The position numbers and the translations under genes were made by a program. DNA of 64,000 bases, taken from NCBI RefSeq assembly GCF_009914755.1, contig NC_060936.1. One strand, written 5' to 3'. Below are positions 51,470 to 64,000 of this stretch, piece after piece. Below the pieces are notes generated by a model. It was not told the origin of the DNA, ran no database searches, and saw only the letters and a list, made by a program, of their open reading frames with translations. The DNA is from the human T2T-CHM13v2.0 reference genome, Homo sapiens. Position 1 is the stretch's first letter. Every line of letters begins with the position of its first letter.

Positions 51470-51930
51470 GAAGTCGATGTTACACGCAGCCTTGCCATCT
51501 TGTAAAAAGGGTTTTATTTGTCCTTTTTTGTGAGAGTCCTGGGAGAGAACCATTAAAGAAACAGACCCCGGGCAGTCAGCGCAGATCTGGATACATGTGT
51601 GTGCCTGTATGTGGGCTTGCCTGGCCCCCCTCTGGCACCCACCCCCACTTTTTACAAGGGCCAACTGGGTTGCAAGGTTAAAGCCAGAGGGGACCAATTG
51701 GTGTTGTGGGGCTTTTTTACAAAGTGCAAAGGATCAAAGTAATTAGCAAAGGGCGAGAGACCAGGCCTGTTAGAGAAAGAAGCCAGCCACCCAATGCTTT
51801 CTGCACACACGTCTTGTCTTCCCCAGGCCTGCTGTTAATGCCTGCACGGATCATGGCTGAATGGCACATGGCAGCGTGCAGAGTGCTGGAGGGGGCTCCT
51901 TTGCTCTCAGGCAGGAAGTAAACCTGGAAG
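51470..51930. promoter_or_regulatory. Candidate enhancer
   Basis: Three TTTTTACAA sites, ATCAAAG adjacent to TAATTA, CAGGAAGT. Confidence 0.35.
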
Positions 51931-52169
51931 GGCCAACTCTGAGCTTAGAGAGTTTTGTGGGATCTTCAGGCAGCCCAGAAGGAAGAAGAGAACTTCTTGG
52001 GGAGTCTTTCTGAGACATTTCATTGCTTCCTTCCTGTTTTAGATGGAGGCTCAATGCCTGGCCAGACCCAGACCTGGAGACCAGGATAAGGAAATAATGC
52101 CTTCCACTGAGGCCATCTAAAGCTTATCAGCTGTGATTATGGCAGGGCAAGATGTAAGAGAGAGCAAGG

Positions 52170-53072
52170 AATTTTCCAGGAATGATTTTAGGTGGTTCAT
52201 AGACAGGACTTTAAATTATATAGAGTCATTCAGTGAGCTGATTGTTTGCTTTCTTTCTCCCTCCACCTCCCCTCTTCTCTCTTTGTAATTCTACCAAGGC
52301 CATCTCAGTTTGCTGCTAATGTGCTGTGGCAGGCAGATTAACAGCCCCCAAAGATACTCACACCTGTGAAGATATTCCATACCTGGCAAAGGGGCTTTGC
52401 AGGTGTGAGTAAGGTCAAGGCCCTAGGTGAGGGAGATTAAACCAGATTATCCATGTGAGACCAATGTAGTCACGTGAGAACCTCTCCTTGCTGCAGAGAA
52501 CCAGAAAGATGGCAGCATGACAAGGACTGAAGGATCTATTGCTGGTTCTGAGAGGTGGGGGGCCCTGCATGAAGACCAGAGAGAGGCCTCCTGGAGGTAA
52601 GAGCGCCCCCCAGCTGACAACCAGCAAGGGAATGGAGACCTCAGCTCTGTAACCCAAGGGCCTTCAGAAGTGAACAGAGACCAGCCGTGCCGAAACTTCT
52701 GACCTACGGGTCTGTAATATAATATTTCGTTTTCAATGGCTAAATTTGTGGTAGTTAATGCTTACTCCCTCCTTTGCCAGAGAGAGAGAGAGAATATCCT
52801 CCTGAAAGTTTCAGGAAGGCCACAATACCAAGCTGAGATTACTAGTACCATTGTAAGGTTTTCATTACATTTATTGGTAGGTTTCATTTCTATTTGTGGT
52901 CAGTGGTAATGGTTTTCTATTTATGTTGGTGACTTCAGTTTTCTTCTTTTGGGGTGAATGTATTTTGGTAAAGAAAATAAGTTGGGTTTAAAGAAAAAAT
53001 GTTAGTAAGTAGTCATGCAGATTTTATGAATTGATAAATGGTATTTAAATACCTAAAATTTAGGAAATACTG
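52170..53072 (-). mobile_element. MER113-like hAT element interrupted by an MLT1
   Basis: AATGATTTTAGGTGG at the start; TTTAAAGAAAAAATGTTAGTAAGTAG..TTTAGGAAATACTG at the end. Confidence 0.5.
52325..52757 (+). mobile_element. MLT1D/E-like MaLR LTR
   Basis: TGTGGCAGGCAGA..GGCAAAGGGGCTTTGCAGGTGTGA..CAGCTGACAACCAGCAAGG..ACTTCTGACCTAC. Confidence 0.8.
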
Positions 53073-53349
53073 ATCTAGAGTTTTCTGGAGGGCCCCTTTG
53101 GAATTCAGAAAATGGGACAGACAGCTCTGCATATGATTTGCATGTATTTGCATTCATCATATTGAGCCTTACACACCAGGGTGAGGGAGAGGCAGGGCCA
53201 GATGGCCTAGGTGCTCTGTCACTGGCTGTGATGAGGAATCACTAATTTCTCAGCTGGCCTTTGGTATTGGACCAATTGCATAAAACAGGAAGAAAAAAGT
53301 ATTCATGGCAGCCAAACAGGTAAGGCTTTGTACCATAGAGAATAACAAC

Positions 53350-54350
53350 CAGACTTCGGAACCAAACAGAATTGCCTTTGAATCCTGGCTCTTCTCCTTA
53401 AAACTGTGTGATTTGGGACAAAGAGTTTGACCTCTGTGAGCCTCAGTTTCCTTATCTGTAAAAAGGAAACTAATAAGAAAGGCTGCACTGGGATGAAGTG
53501 AAGATTAAACAGGGTCCTATTTGTAAAGAGTGCAGCCCTGTTCCTAACGCGCAGTAAACAATGCAATTCGTTACTGTTATTATTATTCTCAGCTGCCCAG
53601 CGGTGGTCAGCCCATTCGTTTATTGCTTGTGGTGTCTGCCTCCAGCATTGGAGGACTGCCCTGTGGGGCGTTCTGGGCAAGACTGGGACAGACAGTGTCC
53701 AGGCACACCAGGCCTGGGCTGGTCTCTGTCATGCTGACATGCAGAGGAAAGCAGAAAGAAAGGAATCCCACAGAGCTGTGCGTAGCTGGGTGGCCAAGCC
53801 TGCCTGCAGACCTTCTTTCTTCCCTATGTAGAGGCTCTGGCCCATTTCAAGAATGGAAACTGAAGAGAGAGCATGCCTTGGCTGGGAACAGAGCGACGGC
53901 AAGCTTCCCAGCCCTGACCAGGGACATAGCATATTGAGGCACCCGTGCCTGGAGTTAACAAGAGAGCAAAAGAAGGCGGACAAAGGAAGGGACTCTTTCT
54001 ATCTCTGTTGCATCACCTGTGCTTAAAAGTGGGGCTTTAGGGATCAGACAGACTTGGGTTGCCTCTGCCAGTTACTTCTGTGTGGCTTTGAACAAGTGAC
54101 TTCCCCTTTCTGATAATAACATAGCTAACATTTGTTAAGCCCTGACTTTGTGCCAGCCTCTATTCTAAACACTACACAAGTATTAGATAACCTCCACGGC
54201 AACCCTAGGAGAAAGACATGCTTATTATTTCCATTTTACAGATGAAAAGATTGAGGCACAGAGAGGTTATTCAACTAGCTCAAAGTCACGCAGCTAATAC
54301 ATGGCAGATCCAAGATTCAATTCAAGGCAGTCAGGATCCAGAGCCTATAC
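53350..54350. mobile_element. MIR elements (+ 53350-53590, + 54015-54112, - 54113-54350)
   Basis: GAGCCTCAGTTTCCTTATCTGTAAAA; CCATTTTACAGATGAAAAGATTGAGGCACAGAGAGGTTA. Confidence 0.85.
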
Positions 54351-54516
54351 TTTGCTAGTATATGGTGATTAATTATTTTTAAGACTTTCCTATTTATTAA
54401 GTACTCCTGAATCTTTAAGGGCTATGTTTTCTTAACCCCATTTATCAGATTCTGAAAGTAATTATTAGACTCTGAGGTTCAACAAACATACCTACTGGGT
54501 AAGAAAACTGGGATAC

Positions 54517-54885
54517 TGATATAGTTTGGCTGTGTCCACACCCAAGTCTCATCTTGAATTGTCGTTCCCATAATAGCACATGTCATAGGAGGAACCCAGA
54601 GGAAGGTAATTTAATCATGGGGGTGGCTACCATCATGCTGTTCTCATGATAGTGAGCTCTCACGAGATCTATTGGTTTTATAAGGGGCTTCCCCGCTTTT
54701 GCTCGGCACTTCTACTTGCTGCCGCCATGTGAAGAAGGATGTTCTGCTTCCCCTTCCGCTATGATTGTAAGTTTCCTGAGACCTCCCCAGCTATGCAGAA
54801 CTGTGAGTCAATTAAACCTCTTTCCTTTGTAAATTACCCAGTCTCAGGTATGTCTTTATTAGCAGTGTGAGAATGGACTAATACA
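54517..54885 (+). mobile_element. THE1 (THE1C-like) MaLR solo LTR inserted into a MIR
   Basis: TGATATAGTTTGGCTGTGTCC...GGACTAATACA; perfect 5-bp TSD GATAC. Confidence 0.93.
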
Positions 54886-56461
54886 GATACAAACCCAGGT
54901 ATCCTGATCTACAGTCAGAGCATTTCTCTCTCTCCCTTCCTCTGTTCTTCCTTCCCTCATATTTTCCTTCCTTTCTTCTCTTCCTTCCTTTTTCCTTTAA
55001 TCTCTCCTTCCTTTGTTCATTCAACCAGCAAACACTTACTCATTGCCTACTGCATGCCAGATATTGTGCATACATTATCTTCCTACTGTTGTACCTTCTT
55101 TGCTCTGTTCCGTATGTTGGCCATTGTTATGGTCTTAATACTCTCAGTTACCACCACCTCTTTGCTCAGGAAGCCAATCCCTTCCAGAACAGAACCTCAA
55201 ATAAACAAAGGCTGCTGGACGAGCTCCCTCAGTCATCTGTGACCATGTCAGAAACCAGGGCTCTACTCTGAGCTGCAATCTTGACCAAGAAGTAGAGGCA
55301 GGAGTAGACACTGCTCCAAGAAGAACTTGCTGAGGCCCACGCTGTTCCCAAACACCTGCCAGATTTCCAGGGATCTTCAGCTTCAGAGTTCTGGGCTTGT
55401 GTGCTGTTTTAAAAGAAATCCAATAGACACAGAGCCAAGAAGGAGGCTGCAGGACAGGGGCTACAGTCCCAGACAGGGGAGGGGCAGGACAAAGGCTGTC
55501 CCCAGAGCAAGTTTTGCCAATAAATATCTGAGAGGGAGGAGGGCTTGGCATTTGGGGCCTGTTAAGCAGAGGCCAGTGGCTGCAAGCCTGGGACAGCCTG
55601 TAGATTTATCAAGGTCTGCAGGGCAAAACGGCGAAGTCAGCAGCAGCATGCTCTGTATCCGCACCCTCTCCCAGTGTGCACCCCGCTGCATCTTTCCCAC
55701 CTGAGACTCTGTAGCTCTGGGCCTCTAAGCCCCTCCCTTTAAAAGAAAAGCAGCTGAAGAATTTGAGGCAATATGGAAGGTGTGATGGATGAATTGCGCT
55801 CAACCACTTAATTCAAAGAGGGATTTGGGGCTTGATATTTAAGCCCGTAAGCCTCAGTTTTTTCACCTGCAAAATGAAAATGCCAGTGGCATGTTCCTCC
55901 TGTTTACTGATAAGTGTCTTCAAAGAGGACTCCATGTTTCATTTTGTTGGCCTCCACATGCTCCTCTCACCCCCTCTGCCTTTCTCAGATGTGGTTTCCC
56001 CAGACCACCTGATCTTCACATCCGCTGACTTTTCTCCAGACCTTAGTCTCCTCTCTCTCACTTCTTTTTCATAATTTGCCTCTCCTGAAACACCCTAATC
56101 CTCCATGGCTGTGCTCCACCTTTGGAGCCATTCTGCTTCCATATTTCTTCTGTCCCCCATTACCATCAAAATGTGGGCATCTCATGGCATTTTATTGTCT
56201 TTGAGCAAGCTGTTCTTTCCAACTGGAATGCTTCTCATTCCAAATTGTTGCCTTCCTAAATTCAAACTTTTGCTTGGCCTTCAAGGGCCCGATGAAATAA
56301 TTTTTCTTGCGTGAAGATTCCTTTGGTTCTGTCTGTCCTGTGGTTTCATGGCACCTTCTCTGCTACCTATCAGTAATGACCCCAACAGTGACCACCACCA
56401 GTAAGATTAACGGCAGGTGCCTTCTGCACAATGCATGGCCTTGGGTGTTAATTATTATTAA

Positions 56462-56921
56462 ATGATGGTTTGGTTGCATAGCCCCCTGTGTCTATACTCT
56501 TGCAACTTTGTCTTCTGCTCTGACTCTGGACTAAACCATGTGAACTGCTTTTACCAGTTGGATACTAGCAAACTTGATGTGAGTAGAAGCTTGAAAAAAC
56601 CACTCAGGTGTTTCCATGCACTCTCTTTTACCTCTGTGACTGCCACAAGAACAGGCTTGGGCTGACCTGCTGAGGTCTACAGCAGGTCTTTGTCTTCTCT
56701 CTATGGAAGAGAGCTAGTTATTATAGCCAAGACCATCAAAGATTGGCAAACAGTCATTTGACTGCATGACATGTGGGTGAGTTTCAAATGAGACCAGAAA
56801 AACCACACAGCATGCCCAGCCAAGACCAGCAGAAATATGCAACTGACTCCAGGACTCTTGAGTGATAATAAATGGCTACCTTTTAGGATTGTTTGTTATG
56901 CAGCTACAGCTAACTGATACA
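56462..56921 (+). mobile_element. MLT1H/I-type MaLR LTR
   Basis: TGACTCTGGACT..CATGTGAACTGCTTT, CCCAGCCAAGACCAGCAGAA, TTGTTATGCAGC..GCTAACTGATACA. Confidence 0.65.
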
Positions 56922-56929
56922 ATAATCAC

Positions 56930-57500
56930 CACTTTTGTTATTGCTAAGTATTTCCTGTGCCTGCAAATTCCACTAAATTCTTTATAAACATCTAATCATT
57001 TGGTTCTCATCTAAATTAAGATACTGTTACCATTATAAAGATGAGGAAACTGAGGTTCAGAGAGCTTGTCACTGCTCCAAACCAATGTGACTAGAAAATG
57101 GCTCAGTACCTTTGCTACGAGTCTTGTCCTGGCTTTTCTACTTTCTAGGTGTGTGACCTGGACAGGTCTCTTTTACTTTTTTGCCTCAGTTTCCTAACCT
57201 ATAAGATAAAATGATAATTGTTGCTATGGTTATGAAATTGTTTTATTAGATGGATATAATGCTTCTAAGTTGGAAAGATCAGTGCCTGGCACACAGTAAG
57301 CACACAAGAAAATGGTAAATACTCTGTTTCTTTCTCTTCCTTGTTCTCGTTGCCTGATGACCTGGTGTTTTCATAGTTGTCATCTCCTATGTAGGTGAAG
57401 CCTCCTTGAAAACTGAGTCCACATCTAGCTCTTCTACCTCCCCATTACAGCACCTTGCCCAGAGTAGCTGCTTAGCAAATACTTATCAAAAAGCTATTTT
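56930..57500. mobile_element. MIR (-), MIR (+) and L2 3' fragments
   Basis: AGATGAGGAAACTGAGGTTCAGAGAG; GCCTCAGTTTCCTAACCTATAA; CAGTGCCTGGCACACAGTAAGCAC. Confidence 0.75.
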
Positions 57501-57589
57501 GATTCATTTAGCTGGAAAAGAAGAGTGAAGTTAGTGTCCTTTGAAGAGCAAGAGGACAAGAGGACATGAGGGAGAATGATGAGAGATAG

Positions 57590-57712
57590 CTGTAGTAGGA
57601 AAACTTTAAGTTAGTCTCAGGAAAGAACATCTAGGGAGGGTAGAGAAACTGCAGATGTTCCCTGTTGCCCCAAGGAGATGTCCTTCCTTTCTCTAGAGCT
57701 CTCTGAGCAAGT
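57590..57712 (+). mobile_element. Possible L3/CR1 3' fragment
   Basis: TTTAAGTTAG..AGGAAAGAAC..TTTCTCTAGAG..TGAGCAAG resembles the CR1 3' end. Confidence 0.4.
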
Positions 57713-58684
57713 TTATATTCTTTAACTAGGCATAATTTTAAATATGTTTGGAGACAAGGGGATGGTGCTTAGAAGGGTGACCTTTCGATGCCCTTGCCAG
57801 CCCCAAGATCCTTCTGAGGCTTGAGGGAAAAGCAGACAGCTTTCCTGCTTTCTCCCTTCCACTATTTTTCTTTGCAGCTGTCTCTGCATTTCAGAGCTCA
57901 CATCTCTGCCAGGGACTCTATTTTGGGATTTGTGGGAACAGGCGGGTTTCAGCAAATAGGAAGCTCTAGAAATCTCAGCAGGCTTCTCCCTGTGGGCCTC
58001 CCAGCCCACTCTGAGGGCAAAGGAGAATCAAAGAGGCTGCTTTAGGGCCCAGCGTCTGGGGCTTTTGCAGGGCAGAGGGCAGAATCTCTTTTCCCAGCAA
58101 CCCCCTCCCCCCACGACAGCTGGGAGCAACCCTCACCTCTGCTTCAATCTGTACTCTTCCAGGCTGGCTGCCTGTACTCTGCCTGCCAACGTGGGGCTGT
58201 GGGGGCAGCATCCCTCACAAGTCTGCAGATGTGGACCTGGGCTTTTGTGAAAACCAACACCCAGTTCCTGCCATATCCCCAGGCTCTTTCCACAGGAGAG
58301 AAGTGGCAGGAAGGAACGCAGCCCTGACACTCAAAGGAACTCGGGGCATCCTGCCTGTTCGTGTCCACACGTAGGTAGGCAGGTTTATAATCAAGCATGC
58401 AGGCTTGTGTGTCTGTGTGTTTATGTGAATATCTGCAGGTCTGTATTTGTAACGGTGCATGGCTGTGTGTCCCCATGGGTGTGCTTGCATGTAATGGGCC
58501 ATGTCTGTGTTTTCACAGAAATGATTGTGAATCTGTTGATCTCCATGTGTATATGTCTGTATTGTATTTATGTGTCTGTTGTCACCAACAGACATTTGGA
58601 GGCCATTATCTTTTCACTTTTAATTCACTCCATTTGCATCAGTAATATTTGTTCATTGAAAAAACAAGAAATAGTAGAGAAGCA

Positions 58685-59302
58685 ACATACATATATATGT
58701 ATATAAAAGCCAGAGATCACAGTCACAACATATATACATATATGGTTATATACAATATAATATAAATGCAATAAATTTAACATGATATAATTAACGTAAT
58801 ATAATATCTAATATATGAACAATAATATATAATTTATACAAACTTTGGTGCATGAACCCACCACCCAGAGATAAGGAATGTTAATGTGTTGGGTATTTTT
58901 TTTCTAGTCTTTTCCCATTCAAATAGTTGTTCTAAAAATGTAAGCTTTATAAGAGCAAAAATGGTGTTAGTACTAGTGACTACTGTTAATTTTTATCAGG
59001 CAAACATATAAATATAGTTATATACATATAAATATATATACATTAATGTATGTACATATAAATATAGTTATACATTATGCATTCACTCATATACTTATAT
59101 ACATGACTATACATATTCATATATATACATGAATATACATGTAGAGCTCTCTGAGCATATATATATACATGAATATATGTATATATACACCTGAATATAT
59201 ATATAATATAATATATATATTCATGGGTATAAGTATATATGAGTGAATGCATAATGAACATATTACATAAATATGTATTACAAATTAGTGAATGTTTGAA
59301 TA
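58685..59302. repeat. AT-rich/(TA)n degenerate tracts with an L1ME-like remnant
   Basis: ATAT-rich runs; CATATAAATATAGTTATA occurs twice. Confidence 0.7.
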
Positions 59303-59304
59303 TA

Positions 59305-60128
<824 letters not shown>

Positions 60129-61039
60129 GCTATTGAATATTTAGATCATTTATGTCCATTGCCAACACGATTGCAAAAAGCATCCTTTTAGCCAAAGTTG
60201 TATGCACATTTCTTTGCATAAATGAAGAGAAGTTACCAGGCCAAAGGGTGTTAATGTGTTGTTGACTTTTGATAGCCAGTTGAGCTGGACACACAGTAGG
60301 CACTCAATAAATTATTGTGGAATGAATAAATGGGCAATTTGAGCACCAGCTCTAGAAACACACCATCCCACTCAGACTTTCTCTCCTGCTAGCAATCAAA
60401 ACCTCAAATGCAGTCATGGGACTTAGGGAAGAAGAGCATGGGATAGCCCACTGAAAACCACCTTCTACTGATGCTGAGGGTAGAGTCCACTCTGAAAAGT
60501 GTGTTCCCTCTCCACCACCTGCTGCTCAGCTCCATCCATGCAGGAAGAACAGAGGCAGGACTCCAGGTGTGGCTGCTGGCTCCCACGCCATCCACCAAAG
60601 GTTTCCTAATGAGCTAATAGCCCTAATGTGTGAACATTGATTTCTGGGGTGACGGAAAAGCCGGGATGATTTACATTCAATTTCCCATTGATGATGCACC
60701 ATTGGTCTCCATGAGCACTAAAATATTTACTAGGGAACAACAGGACTGGAGGGGTCCTGGTCATGGGAAGTGAACATGTGCCCAGTGGGTGAGAGATTCG
60801 GGAAATGATTTTTGCCTGAGGGTCAGGAGGAAGGTAAATGTGGCCTGGAAACATTCTGGAGCCGGGGAAACCCCACTGGGCTCCAGGCCAGAGAGGGGAA
60901 GGCTTACTTGAGCCTGAGTGTTTCTTTCAGTTCTTGCAGTTGTCACCAAATGGCGCCTCCTCAAAGATGCCTTCTAAGACCACCCCATCTAAAATGTCCC
61001 CCAGTCACTCAGGGTCATATTATGCTACTGTCTCCCTCT

Positions 61040-61794
<755 letters not shown>

Positions 61795-61798
<4 letters not shown>

Positions 61799-62140
61799 CA
61801 CAGAGAGGTAATGGTTCTCATTCAAGGGCACACAGCTTACAAGTGAGGGAGCTGAACTTGGTACCCAGTTCTGTCTGAATCCAAAGCCTGACTGTGATGT
61901 CTTTAGGGAATTCAGCATCTCTAACAAGCAGAGCTTATTGGGAGGGTGAAATGAGAGGTTACACTCCAGTCGTTTCCATTTGTTGAGTGGCTGGCCTTGT
62001 GCTGAAGATGTTTTACTGGTTCTCCTCACAAGAGCCCAACAGACACATCCTACAGTTCACATGTGAGGCCAGGAAAGTATCTTTCCCATGTTCACAGAGC
62101 CTATGAGTGACAGAGCCAGAATCTGAACGCTTATCTGATT
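61795..62140 (-). mobile_element. Two MIR fragments
   Basis: GGCACAGAGAGGTAA..CAAGGGCACACAGCT; CAGAGCCAGAATCTGAAC. Confidence 0.65.
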
Positions 62141-62574
62141 CTCCACCCCCATCCCCCATTTCTCCCATGCACCATGGCCTTCCAACAAATGGAGGACTCC
62201 TACCCCGCCCAGTTGGTTTCCCTCTCCTGGCCCATGCTGCCACATTTTAGGAAGCTGAGTCAGCTGCTCTCAGAGTCCATCATGGAAGGACACAGCCCAT
62301 CCACATCAGGCAAGGGACAAATGAAGTCCCACCAGCCCTACCCAAAAAGTTGGCTATCCCCAGCCAGCTCCTGTCCCATGAGGGTGCAGTGCATCCACTC
62401 GTGGAAAGGGCCTGTCACCCAATGCAAGGTCCACACTCAGCTGGGCCGAGGCCTTGGATGTGCAATTGGTAACTTCTTGTTTCCAATTCATGGGTGGCTC
62501 TAGGGTCTGAGGTCAGGCTCTCCAGGCGCCTTATTGCCAGACTGTCTGTCTCTGCATCAGCAGGCTGTGGCAAA

Positions 62575-62575
62575 T

Positions 62576-62608
<33 letters not shown>

Positions 62609-63400
62609 TTCCCTGTGCAAAATCAACCTCACCACTACTTTTTATTACATAAACACACACACAAACACATCTATGGGTCCGTATACCACTCACACATACT
62701 CCTACACAATACATCTATAAGTGCATTTGCACCGATACACATATGCCCACACAACACAGCTTGAGGTACACATGTACATCCAAGTAGCAAATACATACTC
62801 CCACATAATGCACATGTGTGCACAAGCACACTACCTAGAGTCATGGAGCGTGGCATAGAAACACAGATGAAGACATCTCACATACCTATATATTTATCCA
62901 AACAAACATTTCCAGACATGTATCCAATCACACACATTTACAGCCATACAAAATTGCTCACATATTTTTCACATACACATATAAGTTGACACACTTGTGT
63001 CTGTGTATGTAAAAACTCTCATACATCTGCACTTGCACAGATAGACATACATGCCTATATGTACCTATATGCATGCATGTTTACACACATTCACACTCAA
63101 GCATACATGCAACTTGGTCCATACATATTTGTGTTATATATAAGAATGCATATATGCACAGTCCCTGCATGCAGTGTTGAGTATAAAATGCAAATATGTC
63201 TGCCAACATGGACCCTGACACAGAAACTTGCACACATATCCACATCCATATGCACATACATACACATGCATACCTAAGCATGCCACAGACATGCACAACC
63301 AGGTACATCTACACATGTGGAACCATATGTACACATGTGTATAACTGTGCATAATATATACATCTCCCATCCGAACATGTACAGAGGCTATGTTACAGCT
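62575..63400. repeat. (CA)n microsatellite (about 62579-62607) and a long CA/TACA-rich low-complexity tract
   Basis: Read directly. Confidence 0.85.
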
Positions 63401-63749
63401 GATATGTCCTCTGTCTCATTCTCTTCTTTGGCCACAAATTTTGGAGTTCTTCAACTTGGTTTGCCCAACCCAGAATTTTTCAGACCTAATCTTCTCCCTA
63501 TACATAGTCCCTACTGAAACTCTCATTTCCTGCTTGGAATATCCTAGGGAAATGCCCCATCATGACACACTTAATTTTTTGAAGACATTTGATACTCTTT
63601 GGAGACACACAGAGGCCGTGGTGTATCCGTTGGAGATCCTAAGGGACCACAGTCTGGTGAGGTCTTAAGGTTGTTGACATCCACTCAGCAGCCTCCAATG
63701 AGATGGATACACGTTTTATTTATTTGCAGGCAAAATCACACCTCCTCTA

Positions 63750-63975
63750 GGAGCTGTTCCTCCCCTAGTAGGAAATGCTTTCTCTTTCTCTCTTCGTACA
63801 CTGCGCATTATTTATACCTTTGCTTTAAAGGTCAGTTTCTTTGCCTTGTTTTAGTGTTTTCTGGAGTTTTTGAGCTCCCAGAGGATAGAAAACATGTCTA
63901 ACTTGCTTTGTTTTCAGCACAACTGGTGCTGGTGATACCCAGTGCTTGTAGGTGTTCAATAAAAGAAAATTGAAA
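63750..63975 (+). mobile_element. L2 3' fragment
   Basis: TGAGCTCCCAGAGGATAG..GTAGGTGTTCAATAAA. Confidence 0.6.
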
Positions 63976-64000
63976 TAACTGCTGCTTTGACACCGCAATG

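Noticed and set aside
50929-51697. 179-aa and 168-aa ORFs
   Set aside because: The first begins in an antisense Alu; neither shows a recognisable domain or coding-like composition

Overview
Primate (human-like) non-coding genomic DNA, intronic or gene-desert in character. The primate call rests on AluY/AluS/AluJ, THE1, MST, LTR8 and MLT2A elements. I see no supportable protein-coding gene, tRNA, rRNA or CRISPR array: the provided ORFs read through Alus, L1 remnants, LTRs or low-complexity tracts. Much of the window is interspersed repeat: many MIR and L2 fragments, about 14 Alus (several with target-site duplications, TSDs), MaLR/ERV solo LTRs, L1M remnants, and hAT/Tigger MITEs, often nested. 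Between them are apparently repeat-free islands with clustered developmental TF motifs (MEIS/PBX/HOX, octamer, TCF) that look like enhancers. The most unusual sequence-level signals are: four CCAATAGGA boxes at an exact 39-bp period (36783-36908); a 47-bp templated copy of sequence from 1.55 kb away inside an L2 (42552-42598 vs 44098-44144); a short telomere-like insertion in an L1 (61684-61708); a forward-inverted-forward junction at an L1 5' end; and a DUX4-consensus site in a TSD-flanked THE1 LTR. Repeat subfamily names come from my recollection of consensus sequences, and boundaries without TSDs are approximate. The locus itself was not identified.
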